NCBI GenBank assembly: GCA_964505085.1
Contig: CAZDGP010000002.1
Span: 32,421 to 96,420 of the forward strand
From: an uncultured Thermoplasmatales archaeon
GTDB lineage: Archaea > Thermoplasmatota > SW-10-69-26 > JACQPN01 > CAZDGP01
Length of the DNA: 64,000 bases
Reading direction: 5' to 3'
Position 1 is the first letter of the stretch, and each line of letters opens with the position of its first letter. The notes below the pieces were generated by a model. It did no database searches. It was given only the letters and a program-made list of their open reading frames with translations, and was not told where the DNA came from. The translations under genes were made by a program, and so were the position numbers. Below are positions 37,145 to 46,659 of the stretch, in pieces.

Positions 37145-39538
37145 TCACCGCATGCGGAGCCAGTGCCTGAGGGTCCCCGTGACGCCGAGGTTGCGCTTCG
37201 CCATGATGACCGCGCCGGGCACCTGGCTTGCCACCGTCTCGGGGATGGCGCCGAAGAGGAGCTGCTGGAGCTTCCCCTCCCGGGTAGCGCCCAGGATCGT
37301 GAGGTCGGCGTCGGCTCCCAGGCGCACGAGGGTCGCCTCCACGTCCTCCCCCTCCACCACGCGCTCCTCCACGTCCGGCAAGCCCTCCAGGACCTCCGCG
37401 GTGCGCCGCACGTGCTGCAGCACCGCCTTCCTCTGCTTCTCCGGCGCGTCGGGGTGGACGACGCTCACCACGTCCACGGCGGCACCGGTGGCTCGGGCGA
37501 TGCTCCGGGCGACGCGCGCTGCGAGGTCGACGTGGGGTCCTCCGGCGGTGGGGACGAGGATGCGGTCCACGTCCGCCCCATCGACCTTCTCCACGAGCAC
37601 GTCGCAGGGGGCCTTGCGCACCACCTCGTCGATGGTGGTCCCCATGATGACGTCGCGGCGTCGGGGCTTGCGGCCCCGCCACCCCAGGAGCACCACGTCG
37701 CTGTCGTGGTCGTGCACCGTGTTGATGATAGCTTGCGAGACGCTGTGACCGATGCGGATGGTACCGCTCACGGGGACCTCGCTCTCGTTCCCGATGGCGA
37801 GGGCCTGGTCCAGCACCTCCCGCTCCTCCTGGATGAACTGGCGGCCTTCGCTTAGGGGCGTCTGCTGGGGGACGGTGACGACGCTCATGACGAGCACCTC
37901 GCCGTCCCGGTCCCGGGCGAGGTCGAGGGCCGTGCGCATGAGGGTCTCCACGTTGTCGGGGTTGGCCACGGGCACGAGGATGCGGTAATCGCGTCCCTCC
38001 GCCGCGCGCTCGTGCACGACCGTGGGCGCTTGCTCCTCCCGCTTCTCCGCCTCCCGGGGTTTGCTGTAGGCGAGGTAGATGATGATGCCGCCCACCATCC
38101 ACACGGTGCTTACGAGGAGCGCGTTGAAGCCCTCGTGGAAGGGCTGGAGCCCCAGCTCCAGGAGGAGGAAGGGCGTGAGGATGAGCTGGAGCACGATGCC
38201 GATGACGGGGATGAGGGGCACCCAGGGCACGGTGTAGGGGCGCTCCATCTCCGGGTGCGTGGTGCGCATGCGGATGAGGGTGAGGTTCACCTGGGCGAAG
38301 AGCAGGATGAACATGATGTCCGCGGCGGCGGCCACGCTCTCGATGGGGAGGAGGAGCGCCATGGCGGCGATGAGCACCGCGGACCAGAGGATGGCCACGT
38401 GGGGTGTGCGCGTGCCCTCGTGGACGTTCCGGAAGGAGCTGGGTAGGGCGCGGTCCCGGCCCATGGCGAAGCTCACGCGGCTGCTGGAGTAGATGGTGGC
38501 GTTGAGGGCGCTCATGGTGGCTGTGAGCCCCGCGAAGAGGAGCAGGGGCGTGCCGTAGGGCATGAACTGGTCCGCCGCCCGGATGATACCCAGCTCCCCC
38601 AGCTCGCCCAGGATCTGCCATGTGGTCCAGTCCATGACGGTGCCTTCCACGCCCGCGATGACGAGGATCTCCGGCGTCACGTCGATGCCGCCGATGGCGG
38701 CGAAGGCCACGAGGATGTAGATGGGGACCACGATGGCCATGCTGTAGAAGACGGCCTTCGGGATGTTCTTGCCCGGGTCCACGACCTCCTCGCCGCTTTG
38801 CACGATGATCTCGTACCCCTCGAAGGCGATGTACGTGAGGCCCATGGCACCCATGATGCCCACGATGCCTGCGGGGGCGAAGCTGGGGCTTGCGAGGAAC
38901 TTGTCCACCCACTGGGGCCCCGTGACGGTGGCGTGGATGCCGAAGGCGATGAAGGCGCCCAGGATCACGACCTTGATGAAGGTGACGACGACGCCGGCCT
39001 TCCCCGTCTCCTCGGCACCCTTGAAGTTGATCCACGCGAAGAGGGCGATGATGCCCACGGCCACCGCGAGCTCCACCATGTGCCGCGTGATCCATCCCAT
39101 GAGGACGAAGTGGTGCTCGAGGCCCGTGTACGCCACCACGAACTCCGTGAGGAAGACGCCGAAGGTCACGGCGTAGAGGCTGCACGCCACCGCGTGGGCG
39201 AACCAGCTCATCCACCCCGCGTAGAACCCGTTGGGGTCCGGAAGCGCCTCCTTCACCCAGAGGTACCCGCCGCCGGCCTCGGGGAAGGCGGCGCCGAGCT
39301 CCGCATAGCTCGCGGCCGTGGTGAGGGCCACGAGGCCGTTGAGGAGGAAGGCCAGGGTGAGGGCGGGGCCCGCGATGCCCGCGGCGAAGCCCGTGAGGGC
39401 GAAGACCCCCGCGCCGATCATGGCGCCCACGCCGATGAAGGTGATGTCGAAGAGGCTCATGTCCCGGGAGAGCTCGGTGGGTACCTCACCCGCGCCGGCT
39501 CCGCCCGTCTCCTCGCCGGTGACCTCGGGGTCCGTCAT
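37145..39538 (-). CDS. APC-family amino acid permease fused to two USP domains
   Basis: GAMIGAGVF, YAELGAAFPEAGG, AFEGYE; ILVPVANP, ILVPTAGGPH. Confidence 0.9.
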   Translation of the reverse strand: MTDPEVTGEETGGAGAGEVPTELSRDMSLFDITFIGVGAMIGAGVFALTGFAAGIAGPALTLAFLLNGLVALTTAASYAELGAAFPEAGGGYLWVKEALPDPNGFYAGWMSWFAHAVACSLYAVTFGVFLTEFVVAYTGLEHHFVLMGWITRHMVELAVAVGIIALFAWINFKGAEETGKAGVVVTFIKVVILGAFIAFGIHATVTGPQWVDKFLASPSFAPAGIVGIMGAMGLTYIAFEGYEIIVQSGEEVVDPGKNIPKAVFYSMAIVVPIYILVAFAAIGGIDVTPEILVIAGVEGTVMDWTTWQILGELGELGIIRAADQFMPYGTPLLLFAGLTATMSALNATIYSSSRVSFAMGRDRALPSSFRNVHEGTRTPHVAILWSAVLIAAMALLLPIESVAAAADIMFILLFAQVNLTLIRMRTTHPEMERPYTVPWVPLIPVIGIVLQLILTPFLLLELGLQPFHEGFNALLVSTVWMVGGIIIYLAYSKPREAEKREEQAPTVVHERAAEGRDYRILVPVANPDNVETLMRTALDLARDRDGEVLVMSVVTVPQQTPLSEGRQFIQEEREVLDQALAIGNESEVPVSGTIRIGHSVSQAIINTVHDHDSDVVLLGWRGRKPRRRDVIMGTTIDEVVRKAPCDVLVEKVDGADVDRILVPTAGGPHVDLAARVARSIARATGAAVDVVSVVHPDAPEKQRKAVLQHVRRTAEVLEGLPDVEERVVEGEDVEATLVRLGADADLTILGATREGKLQQLLFGAIPETVASQVPGAVIMAKRNLGVTGTLRHWLRMR

Positions 39539-39579
39539 GGTGTGCCTCCAGCCGCCAACGGTCACCCGTTACTTCACGT

Positions 39580-40392
39580 TTAGGTTCCGGCACGCTCCCC
39601 CGGCTCGCCCTCGAGCACGCGGAACCGCTCCGCCGCCAGCTCCGCCCGAGCACGCGCGTCACCGAGCCCCCGCGCGGCCACGGGCTCGAACTCCACGTCG
39701 TCGTACTCCACGCCGAGGAGCACCAGGTGCTCGGCGGGCGCCGGGGGGAACCCCCGGTCAGTGGATCCCGCGATGGTGGCCTCCAGGTCCTTCAGGCTCG
39801 CCTCCCCGTGAGCCACCGTGACGGCGGCACCCACCATGCGCCGCACCTGGTTCCAGAGGAAGCTCGGTCCCTCCACGTCCACGTGGACCACGTCCTCCCG
39901 GGGCGTGACATCCACCCTTGAGACCTCCACCACGGTGTCCCGCGTGCCGCCGCGGCGGCGGGCGAAGCGCTCCAGGTCGTGCTCACCCTGGAAGCACGCG
40001 AGAGCCTCCCGGAAAGCCTCCACGTCGGTGAAGTCCCGGGGGAGGATGTAGCGGTACCGTCGGAGGGTCGCGTGCCGGGGTCGGAAGACGTCCGGCACCT
40101 CCGCGATGCCCGTGACCCAAACGTCCTCCACCAGCCCGTTGAGGGCGCGGGGGAGGGCGTCGAGGGGGAAGCTCGTGGTGAGGGCGAGGACGTTCCCGGC
40201 GGCGCTCACGCCGGCGTCGGTGCGGCTTGCCATCTGGAGCGCGAGCTCCCGCGGGTTGCTCCCGGCCCCAAGCTCCCCCAGGGCTCGCAGCACCTCGCCC
40301 TCCACCGTGCGCACGTCGCCACCCTGGCGTTGGCTTCCGCGGAACGCGGTGCCATCGTAGGCGAGGCGGAGGGCCACGCGGTGCTCGCGCAT
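39580..40392 (-). CDS. truA: tRNA pseudouridine(38-40) synthase
   Basis: AYDGTAFRGSQ, SRTDAGVSA, R.YRY, FLWNQVR. Confidence 0.92.
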   Translation of the reverse strand: MREHRVALRLAYDGTAFRGSQRQGGDVRTVEGEVLRALGELGAGSNPRELALQMASRTDAGVSAAGNVLALTTSFPLDALPRALNGLVEDVWVTGIAEVPDVFRPRHATLRRYRYILPRDFTDVEAFREALACFQGEHDLERFARRRGGTRDTVVEVSRVDVTPREDVVHVDVEGPSFLWNQVRRMVGAAVTVAHGEASLKDLEATIAGSTDRGFPPAPAEHLVLLGVEYDDVEFEPVAARGLGDARARAELAAERFRVLEGEPGERAGT

Positions 40393-40393
40393 G

Positions 40394-41188
40394 TCAGAAG
40401 AGGCTCCCGGCGAGCCACTGGCCTCCGTCGAGGGTGAGGCAGTGCCCGTTCATGTAGGCGGCGGCCGGGCTCGCAACGTAGAGCGCCGCCTGCGCCACCT
40501 CCTCGGGGGTGCCGAAGCGTCCCTGGGGCACCCCGTCGAGGATGCGCTCCCGCGTGTCCTCGTCGGGCCAGAGCTGCTCCCGCGTCTTGGCGGTGTCGAT
40601 GGGGCCGGGAGCGATGGCGTTGGTGCGGATGTCGTAGGCGGCCCACTCCACGGCGAGGCTCCGCGTGAGGTTCAGGACACCGGCCTTGCCGGCGCCGCTG
40701 TGGCTCGTGAGGGGTGCGGCAAGCCACGCGTACGTGGCCACCATGTTGATGATGGAGCCGCCGTGGGCGCCCCGCATGCGCTCCCCCACCTCCCGGGTGA
40801 CGTTGGCGGTGCCCGTGAGGACGATGTCCACCACGGTGTCGAAGGCGTTCTTGCTCATGCCGTCGAAGGGTGCAACGAAGTTCCCGGCGGCGTTGTTCAC
40901 GAGGAGGTCCACGGTACCCAGCTCGTCCTCCACGGCGTCCACCGCCTCCTCGATGGAGTCCGGCTCACGCACATCCAGGGGATAGGCGAAGCCTCGTTGC
41001 CCCATGTCCTTGATGCGCTTGGCCACGGGCCGCAGGTGCTCCATGTCGCGGCTCACCACGGCCACGTCGGCTCCGTGCTCGGCGAAGGCGAGGCTCATGG
41101 CCTTCCCCAACCCCGTGCCTCCCCCTGTGACGAGGGCCACGCGGCCCTCCAGGATGTCGTCCCGGAACACGCTCTCGAGGTTCTCCAT
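40394..41188 (-). CDS. SDR, 2,4-dienoyl-CoA reductase-like
   Basis: TGGGTGLG, NNAAGNF, HSGAGKAG, LAVEW, IAPGPI. Confidence 0.9.
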   Translation of the reverse strand: MENLESVFRDDILEGRVALVTGGGTGLGKAMSLAFAEHGADVAVVSRDMEHLRPVAKRIKDMGQRGFAYPLDVREPDSIEEAVDAVEDELGTVDLLVNNAAGNFVAPFDGMSKNAFDTVVDIVLTGTANVTREVGERMRGAHGGSIINMVATYAWLAAPLTSHSGAGKAGVLNLTRSLAVEWAAYDIRTNAIAPGPIDTAKTREQLWPDEDTRERILDGVPQGRFGTPEEVAQAALYVASPAAAYMNGHCLTLDGGQWLAGSLF

Positions 41189-41481
41189 GGTAACGCCGCG
41201 GAAGCACACCGTGGTCGCTTAATGGTTCCGAAGGGCCTGGGGGAGAGGCCGCAACCTTCACATGGGGGGAGCGCGAAGTGAGGTGGGTAGGACGCTTGGG
41301 GGTCGTTCGCGCCGGCTGTAGGCCGCAGGTAGGATGCGCAACCCCCAGGATTGATAAGTCCGGGGGCTTTCAACCCAGGTGGGATGCACCACGCATCGCT
41401 CCCCCGCGTTGGACGGAGAACCTGCGGGCCCCGCTTCGACGGATGGACGGAACGCGACGGTGATCACAGGGGGTGTGGAAG

Positions 41482-42606
41482 ATGACGAACTTCGGGAGCT
41501 CCGACCCGTTCTGCATAGGTGTCGAGGAGGAGTTCCAGATCCTGGACCCCGACACCGGCGACCTTGTGTCACGGGTGGACGAGGTCATAGGGAAGTCCGG
41601 TCCGGAGCTGGAGGAGAACCTCACCACGGAGATCTTCCAGGCGGTGGTGGAGACGAAGACCGACGTCTGCCAGGACGTGGGCGAGCTCCGGACGGAGATC
41701 CAACGTCTCCGCGGTGCCCTGGGCGACTTCACGCAGGACCGAGGGTACGCCATCGCCGCCGCCGGCACCCACCCCTTCGCGCGGTGGGAGGACCAGGACG
41801 TCACGGAGAAGGACCGGTACAAGGAGCTCGTGGAGGAGATGCGGTGGGCGGCGAAGCGCGAGCTCATCTTCGGGCAGCACGTTCACGTGAGCGTGGAACG
41901 CCCCGACCAGGCTATCGCCGTCACCAACGGGCTCCGGCCCTTCCTGCCCGTGCTCCTCGCTCTCAGCGTGAACAGCCCCTTCTGGAAGGGACGCGAGACG
42001 GGGCTCATGAGCACCCGCGTCCGCATCTTCGACGCGCTCCCGCGCACGGGCGTGCCCCGCGAGTTCCAGGACTGGCCGGACTTCCAGGGGACGCTCCAGG
42101 AGCTCATCGAGGCGGGAAGCGTCGAGGACGTCACCAAGATCTGGTGGGACGTCCGACCCCGCCACGACCTGGGCACGGTGGAGGTGCGCATCGCGGACCT
42201 GCCCACGGAGACGGAGGACAGCGTGGCCCTCGCGGCCCTCACGAAGGCCCTCGTGGTGACCCTCGCCCACCGCCACGACGAGGGGTTGGCCCAGCCCGTG
42301 AACCACAGCCAGGAGGTCATCGAGGAGAACCGGTGGCGTGCCCTCCGCGGCGGCCTCGAGGGGAACCTCATCCAGCGCAACGGCGACGACGAGGTGGAGG
42401 AGGTCCCCGCGGTGGACGCCGTGAGCTCCACCCTCGACCTCGTGGCCGACACCGCCGCCGACCTCGGGTTGCAGAGCGAGATGCGCCGCATCCGCAACCT
42501 CGTGAAGACCCAGGGCACGGGGGCGCGACGCCAGCTCGATGTGTACGAGCGCACCGGGGACCTCACGGAGGTCGTCCACGACATCGTGGACCGCACCCTG
42601 CCGTGA
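41482..42606 (+). CDS. GCS2/YbdK-family glutamate-cysteine (carboxylate-amine) ligase
   Basis: IGVEEEFQ, GTHPF, GQHVHV, NSPFW.G, WWDVRP...TVEVRI.D, ENRWRA. Confidence 0.9.
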   Translation: MTNFGSSDPFCIGVEEEFQILDPDTGDLVSRVDEVIGKSGPELEENLTTEIFQAVVETKTDVCQDVGELRTEIQRLRGALGDFTQDRGYAIAAAGTHPFARWEDQDVTEKDRYKELVEEMRWAAKRELIFGQHVHVSVERPDQAIAVTNGLRPFLPVLLALSVNSPFWKGRETGLMSTRVRIFDALPRTGVPREFQDWPDFQGTLQELIEAGSVEDVTKIWWDVRPRHDLGTVEVRIADLPTETEDSVALAALTKALVVTLAHRHDEGLAQPVNHSQEVIEENRWRALRGGLEGNLIQRNGDDEVEEVPAVDAVSSTLDLVADTAADLGLQSEMRRIRNLVKTQGTGARRQLDVYERTGDLTEVVHDIVDRTLP

Positions 42607-42678
42607 CGAGCCCCTGGCCTGGACCCGAGTCGCAACACAAGAGTTAATACCGAACAGCATCCCTTGCCACCTTGTCCC

Positions 42679-43539
42679 ATGTGTCGATTGTTCGGCTACG
42701 CTGGCCCTGTCCCCGCCACGGTGGATTGGGCGCTCATGCAGGCCGAGAACAGCCTGGAGCGACAGAGCACACGCCATCGCGACGGATGGGGCATCGGGTA
42801 CTTCCGCGACGGACGACCCCACCTGCGGAAGAGCACCACGCCGGCCTTCGCTGACCGCGCCTACGGGCACGCCCTCCGCACGGTGGAGAGCACCCACGTC
42901 ATCGGTCACGTGCGCCGGGCCACCGTGGGCGGTCGCACCCTCTTCAACAACCACCCCTTCCACCACGAAGGCTGGATCTTCGCCCACAACGGCACCCTGG
43001 CGACCTTCCCCGAGGCTCGCGAGGCGTTCCTGGAGCACGTGGCGCCGGACCTCCAGGAGCGGATCCAGGGAGCCACCGACAGCGAGATCCTCTTCCATCT
43101 CCTCCTCACCCTCGCCCGGGACCAACACGGCACCCTGGACCTCACCGTGGACCACATGGTGGGTCCGGTGCGCCGCGTCGCCGCCATCGTGGCCGAGCAG
43201 GATGCCGCCCACGAGGTGGACGACCCCAGCGGGCTCAACATCCTCCTAAGCAACGGCCGGGGCCTCCTTGCGACGCGTCGCGGCCGCGACCTGCACCTTC
43301 ACCGCCCCGTGGGCGGTCGATGCATCGCCACCGCCGCCGGCACCGCCGTGGCCCTGCCGGGAGCCGGCGCCGCCGTGGCAAGCGAGCCCCTGGGTCGCGT
43401 CGAGCCCCGGGCGAACGCCGGGAGCACCTCCTCGACCAACCCCCAGGCCTCTGGCGGGGACGCGTGGGAGCCCGTGCCCGAGGGCTCCGTCGTCCTGGTG
43501 ACGTCCGACGCCCGGGTCCGCGTGAGGAACCTCTCGTAG
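42679..43539 (+). CDS. Class II glutamine amidotransferase / Ntn hydrolase (EgtC/YafJ-like)
   Basis: MCRLFG, DGWG, HVRRAT, NNHPF, HNG, TDSE, ASEPL. Confidence 0.88.
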   Translation: MCRLFGYAGPVPATVDWALMQAENSLERQSTRHRDGWGIGYFRDGRPHLRKSTTPAFADRAYGHALRTVESTHVIGHVRRATVGGRTLFNNHPFHHEGWIFAHNGTLATFPEAREAFLEHVAPDLQERIQGATDSEILFHLLLTLARDQHGTLDLTVDHMVGPVRRVAAIVAEQDAAHEVDDPSGLNILLSNGRGLLATRRGRDLHLHRPVGGRCIATAAGTAVALPGAGAAVASEPLGRVEPRANAGSTSSTNPQASGGDAWEPVPEGSVVLVTSDARVRVRNLS

Positions 43540-43584
43540 GGCCAGGGCGGAACCTTTTTCCCAGGCCCCGCGCCTCCCCCGCCC

Positions 43585-44262
43585 ATGCCCGTGCTGACCC
43601 CCCCCATCGTGGCCGTGAACCTCAAGGCCTACCCCCCCGCCGTGGGTGCGCAAGCTGTCCCCCTCGCCAGGGCGCTGGAGGAGGCGGCCGCGTCGGCGGA
43701 AGCCACCGTGGCCGTGGCGCCCCAGCTCGCGGACCTCGCCCCGGTGGCGGAGGCCGTGGACCTCCCGGTGCTCGCCCAGCACGTGGACCCCATGGAGCCC
43801 GGTCGGGGCACCGGCGGCGCCTTGGCGGAGGCCGTGGCCGACGCCGGCGCCGTGGGCACGCTCCTCAACCACAGCGAGCGCGCCGTGGGCTTCAACGACC
43901 TCGCCGCCACCGTGACCCGGTGCAGCGATGTAGGCCTCGAGACCGTCGTCTGCGTGGACACCCCCGCGAGCGCCCGCGCCGCCGCGGGCCTGGAGCCCAC
44001 GTACGTGGCTGTGGAACCTCCGGAGCTCATCGGAGGGGACGTGAGCGTCACGAGCGCCGACCCCGGCATCGTGACGCGGACCGTGGCCACCGTGCAGGAC
44101 GTGGCTCCGGGGGTGGGGGTGCTCACGGGCGCCGGCGTGAAGACGGGTGAGGACGTGGCTAAAGCCCTGGAGCTTGGTACCGAGGGCGTGCTCCTCGCCA
44201 GCGGCGTGGCCAAGGCCGCGGACCCGGGGAAGGCGCTCCGGGAGCTCCTCACGGGCGTCTGA
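43585..44262 (+). CDS. tpiA: Triosephosphate isomerase (archaeal type)
   Basis: VNLKAY, AQHVD, NHSE, VEPPELIG, GAGV, LLASG. Confidence 0.93.
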   Translation: MPVLTPPIVAVNLKAYPPAVGAQAVPLARALEEAAASAEATVAVAPQLADLAPVAEAVDLPVLAQHVDPMEPGRGTGGALAEAVADAGAVGTLLNHSERAVGFNDLAATVTRCSDVGLETVVCVDTPASARAAAGLEPTYVAVEPPELIGGDVSVTSADPGIVTRTVATVQDVAPGVGVLTGAGVKTGEDVAKALELGTEGVLLASGVAKAADPGKALRELLTGV

Positions 44263-44335
44263 ACCGCGTCGGAGCGCCGGTCCACCCCCGGGGCCAACCT
44301 ACTTATCCCTTCCTTCCCTACCCTCCTCCGAGACC

Positions 44336-45637
44336 ATGCCCTCCGAGAAGCCCATCCTGCAGGTGGCCCTCGACGTGTACAACATCCACCGCGCCCTGGA
44401 GATCGCGGAGGAGGCCGTGGAGGGCGGCGCCGACTGGGTGGAGGCCGGCACGCCCCTCATCAAGAGCGAGGGGTTGAACGCCGTCCGCGACCTGAAGAAG
44501 GCCTTCCCCGACCGCACCGTGGTGGCCGATATGAAGACCATGGACACGGGGAGCCTCGAGACCGAGATGGCCATCAAAGCTGGCGCGGGCGTCGTGACGA
44601 TCCTGGGCGCAAGCCACGATGGCACCATCCGGGAGGCGGTGGAGGCCGCCCGCAAGTACGGCGGGGAGGTCATGGTGGACCTCATCGGCGTGGAGGACAA
44701 GCCCGCCCGCGCCCGGGAGGTGGAGGAGCTCGGGGCCCACTACGTGGGGCTCCACGTGGGCGTGGACGAGCAGATGGAGGGCCTGAGCCCCGTGGACCTC
44801 GTGCGGGACGTGGTGGAGGCCACGAGCCTCCCCGTGGCCATCGCTGGGGGTCTCACGAGCGAGACCGTGGCGCCCCTCGTGGAGGCTGGCGCCCGCGTCA
44901 TCATCGTGGGCGGGGCCATCCACAAGGCCCAGGACGCCACCGAAGCCGCGAGGCGCCTGCGCCGGGCGCTGGACGATCTGGAGGTGGTGGAGTCCCAGGG
45001 GTTCCGCAAGTTCGACGAGACCGAGCTCCGGGAGGCCTTCACCCTGGCGAGCACCGCCAACGTGAGCGACGCCATGCACCGGGAGGGCGCCATGGACGGC
45101 CTCCACCCGGTGACGGAGGGGGCCAAGGCCGTGGGGCGGGCGGTTACGGTCCGCTGCATGGACGGGGACTGGGCCAAGCCCGTGGAGGCCATCGACGAGG
45201 CGGAGGAGGGCGACGTCCTCGTCATCCGTGTGGACGGCACCGATGCCGCCGTGTGGGGGGAGCTCGCGAGCCACTCCTGCATGATGAACGGCATCGCGGG
45301 CGTGGTCATCGACGGCGCCATCCGGGACGTGGAGGACATCCGCGAGATGGGGTTCCCCGCGTGGGCGCGGGTGGAGCGCCCCAACGCCGGCGATCCCAAG
45401 GGCTTCGGCGAGGTGGGGGTGGAGGTCACGTGCGGGAACCAGCGGGTGCGCGCCGGCGACTGGATCGTGGCCGACGAGAGCGGCGTCGTCGTGGTGCCCC
45501 GGGACCAGGCGGTGGAGCTCGCGAACCGCGCGGTGGACGTGAAGGAGCAGGAGGACCGCCTCCGGGAGGAGATCAAGCGGGGCTCCTCGCTTTCGAAGGT
45601 GCTGAAGCTCAAGAAGTGGGAGAAGGTCGTCGGGTAG
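44336..45637 (+). CDS. hxlA: 3-hexulose-6-phosphate synthase fused to an RraA/HMG-aldolase domain
   Basis: LQVALD, EAGTPLIK, DMKTMD; C-terminal SDAM, GDWAKP, WGEL, DGAIRD. Confidence 0.88.
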   Translation: MPSEKPILQVALDVYNIHRALEIAEEAVEGGADWVEAGTPLIKSEGLNAVRDLKKAFPDRTVVADMKTMDTGSLETEMAIKAGAGVVTILGASHDGTIREAVEAARKYGGEVMVDLIGVEDKPARAREVEELGAHYVGLHVGVDEQMEGLSPVDLVRDVVEATSLPVAIAGGLTSETVAPLVEAGARVIIVGGAIHKAQDATEAARRLRRALDDLEVVESQGFRKFDETELREAFTLASTANVSDAMHREGAMDGLHPVTEGAKAVGRAVTVRCMDGDWAKPVEAIDEAEEGDVLVIRVDGTDAAVWGELASHSCMMNGIAGVVIDGAIRDVEDIREMGFPAWARVERPNAGDPKGFGEVGVEVTCGNQRVRAGDWIVADESGVVVVPRDQAVELANRAVDVKEQEDRLREEIKRGSSLSKVLKLKKWEKVVG

Positions 45638-45656
45638 AGTCTACCCGACGACCTTC
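45622..45656. repeat. Perfect 17-bp inverted repeat overlapping the HPS stop codon
   Basis: GAAGGTCGTCGGGTAGA-G-TCTACCCGACGACCTTC. Confidence 0.85.
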
Positions 45657-45705
45657 CGGCCGTGCCGAGGCGGATGCGGAGCATCCGATGAGGTGCGGGC
45701 GTGAA

Positions 45706-45735
45706 GGTGGTTGGATAACGGGCTATCCAACCACC
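45706..45735. repeat. 12-bp inverted repeat
   Basis: GGTGGTTGGATA-ACGGGC-TATCCAACCACC. Confidence 0.8.
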
Positions 45736-45746
45736 CATCCACCCCC

Positions 45747-45766
45747 ACCTATAGCGCCCTATAGGG
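45747..45766. repeat. Phased CCTATAG motif (2 units)
   Basis: ACCTATAGCGCCCTATAGGG. Confidence 0.75.
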
Positions 45767-45873
45767 GCCTCTGGGCCCATGGGTCCAGGGTCCCCGGGTG
45801 CATCCTGCACCTTCCCCCCTACCGCAACCCTCCTACCCATCGAAACATACATCTGCCCTACAGGTGACGCTTC

Positions 45874-46212
45874 GTGCAGTACCTCGCAACGCTCGTGGTG
45901 GTCCTTGACATCCTCGTGGCCGCCTTCGTGGCCACCCTCCTCACGAGGTTCTGGACGGGGGACCACGTGGAGGAGAGCGTCCGGGAGCTCCGGGAGCACC
46001 ACCGCACATGGGCCTGGGGGGCCACGCTCCTCATACCAGGGATCCTCCTGAACGTCCCCGCCACCCTCTCGGCGGGCATGGACAACGCCCTCTGGACGGA
46101 CCTCCTCATGCTCGCGGGGTACCCCTTCTTCATGGCGGGCATCTACCTCATGTACGACTCGACGCACCCGGGGGACCCCGACGACGGCCCCGCGACGGAG
46201 GTGGGAGCATAG
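45874..46212 (+). CDS. Small 3-TM hypothetical membrane protein
   Basis: Three hydrophobic segments; GGTGA RBS-like sequence upstream. Confidence 0.65.
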   Translation: MQYLATLVVVLDILVAAFVATLLTRFWTGDHVEESVRELREHHRTWAWGATLLIPGILLNVPATLSAGMDNALWTDLLMLAGYPFFMAGIYLMYDSTHPGDPDDGPATEVGA

Positions 46213-46232
46213 CCCTCGGAGCCATCACGTGG

Positions 46233-46553
46233 ATGGAATGGGTGGTGCTGGGGATCCAGGTCACCATGGCGGGGCTCTTCGGTCTCATCGCCTGGCGGTT
46301 CTACGACCGCGAGCGGGCCGAGGTGGCGGTGGCCCGGTTGCGGGCGCGCCAGGGCGCCTTCGCGGGGTCCATCGCCGGCGTCATCATGGGCATAGTCCTC
46401 ATCACGGAGGGGGACGCGGTGCGCCTAGTGGGGGAGCTGGGGTTCTCCAACGGGATGTTCCTGAGCTTCATCCTCACGGGGTACGTGGTGACGGTCCTGG
46501 GTCTCGCGAGCTTCAACCTCGTGCTGGCCATGGACCTTCCCGCGGAGCCGTGA
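46233..46553 (+). CDS. Small 3-TM hypothetical membrane protein (start uncertain)
   Basis: Three hydrophobic segments with the same layout as the upstream gene. Confidence 0.6.
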   Translation: MEWVVLGIQVTMAGLFGLIAWRFYDRERAEVAVARLRARQGAFAGSIAGVIMGIVLITEGDAVRLVGELGFSNGMFLSFILTGYVVTVLGLASFNLVLAMDLPAEP

Positions 46554-46608
46554 GCGGGGTAGATGGTCCACACGTCCAACGCCTCCGCTGGTCCGTCTCG
46601 ATAGGCTG

Positions 46609-46653
46609 AGAAGGGAGGACGGGGGAAGAAGAGGGGGGAGGAAGGGAGGGGAG
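46609..46653 (-). terminator. C-rich pyrimidine tract after the EF-2 gene
   Basis: Purine-only run on the plus strand just past the fusA stop. Confidence 0.45.
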
Positions 46654-46659
46654 CGGGTT

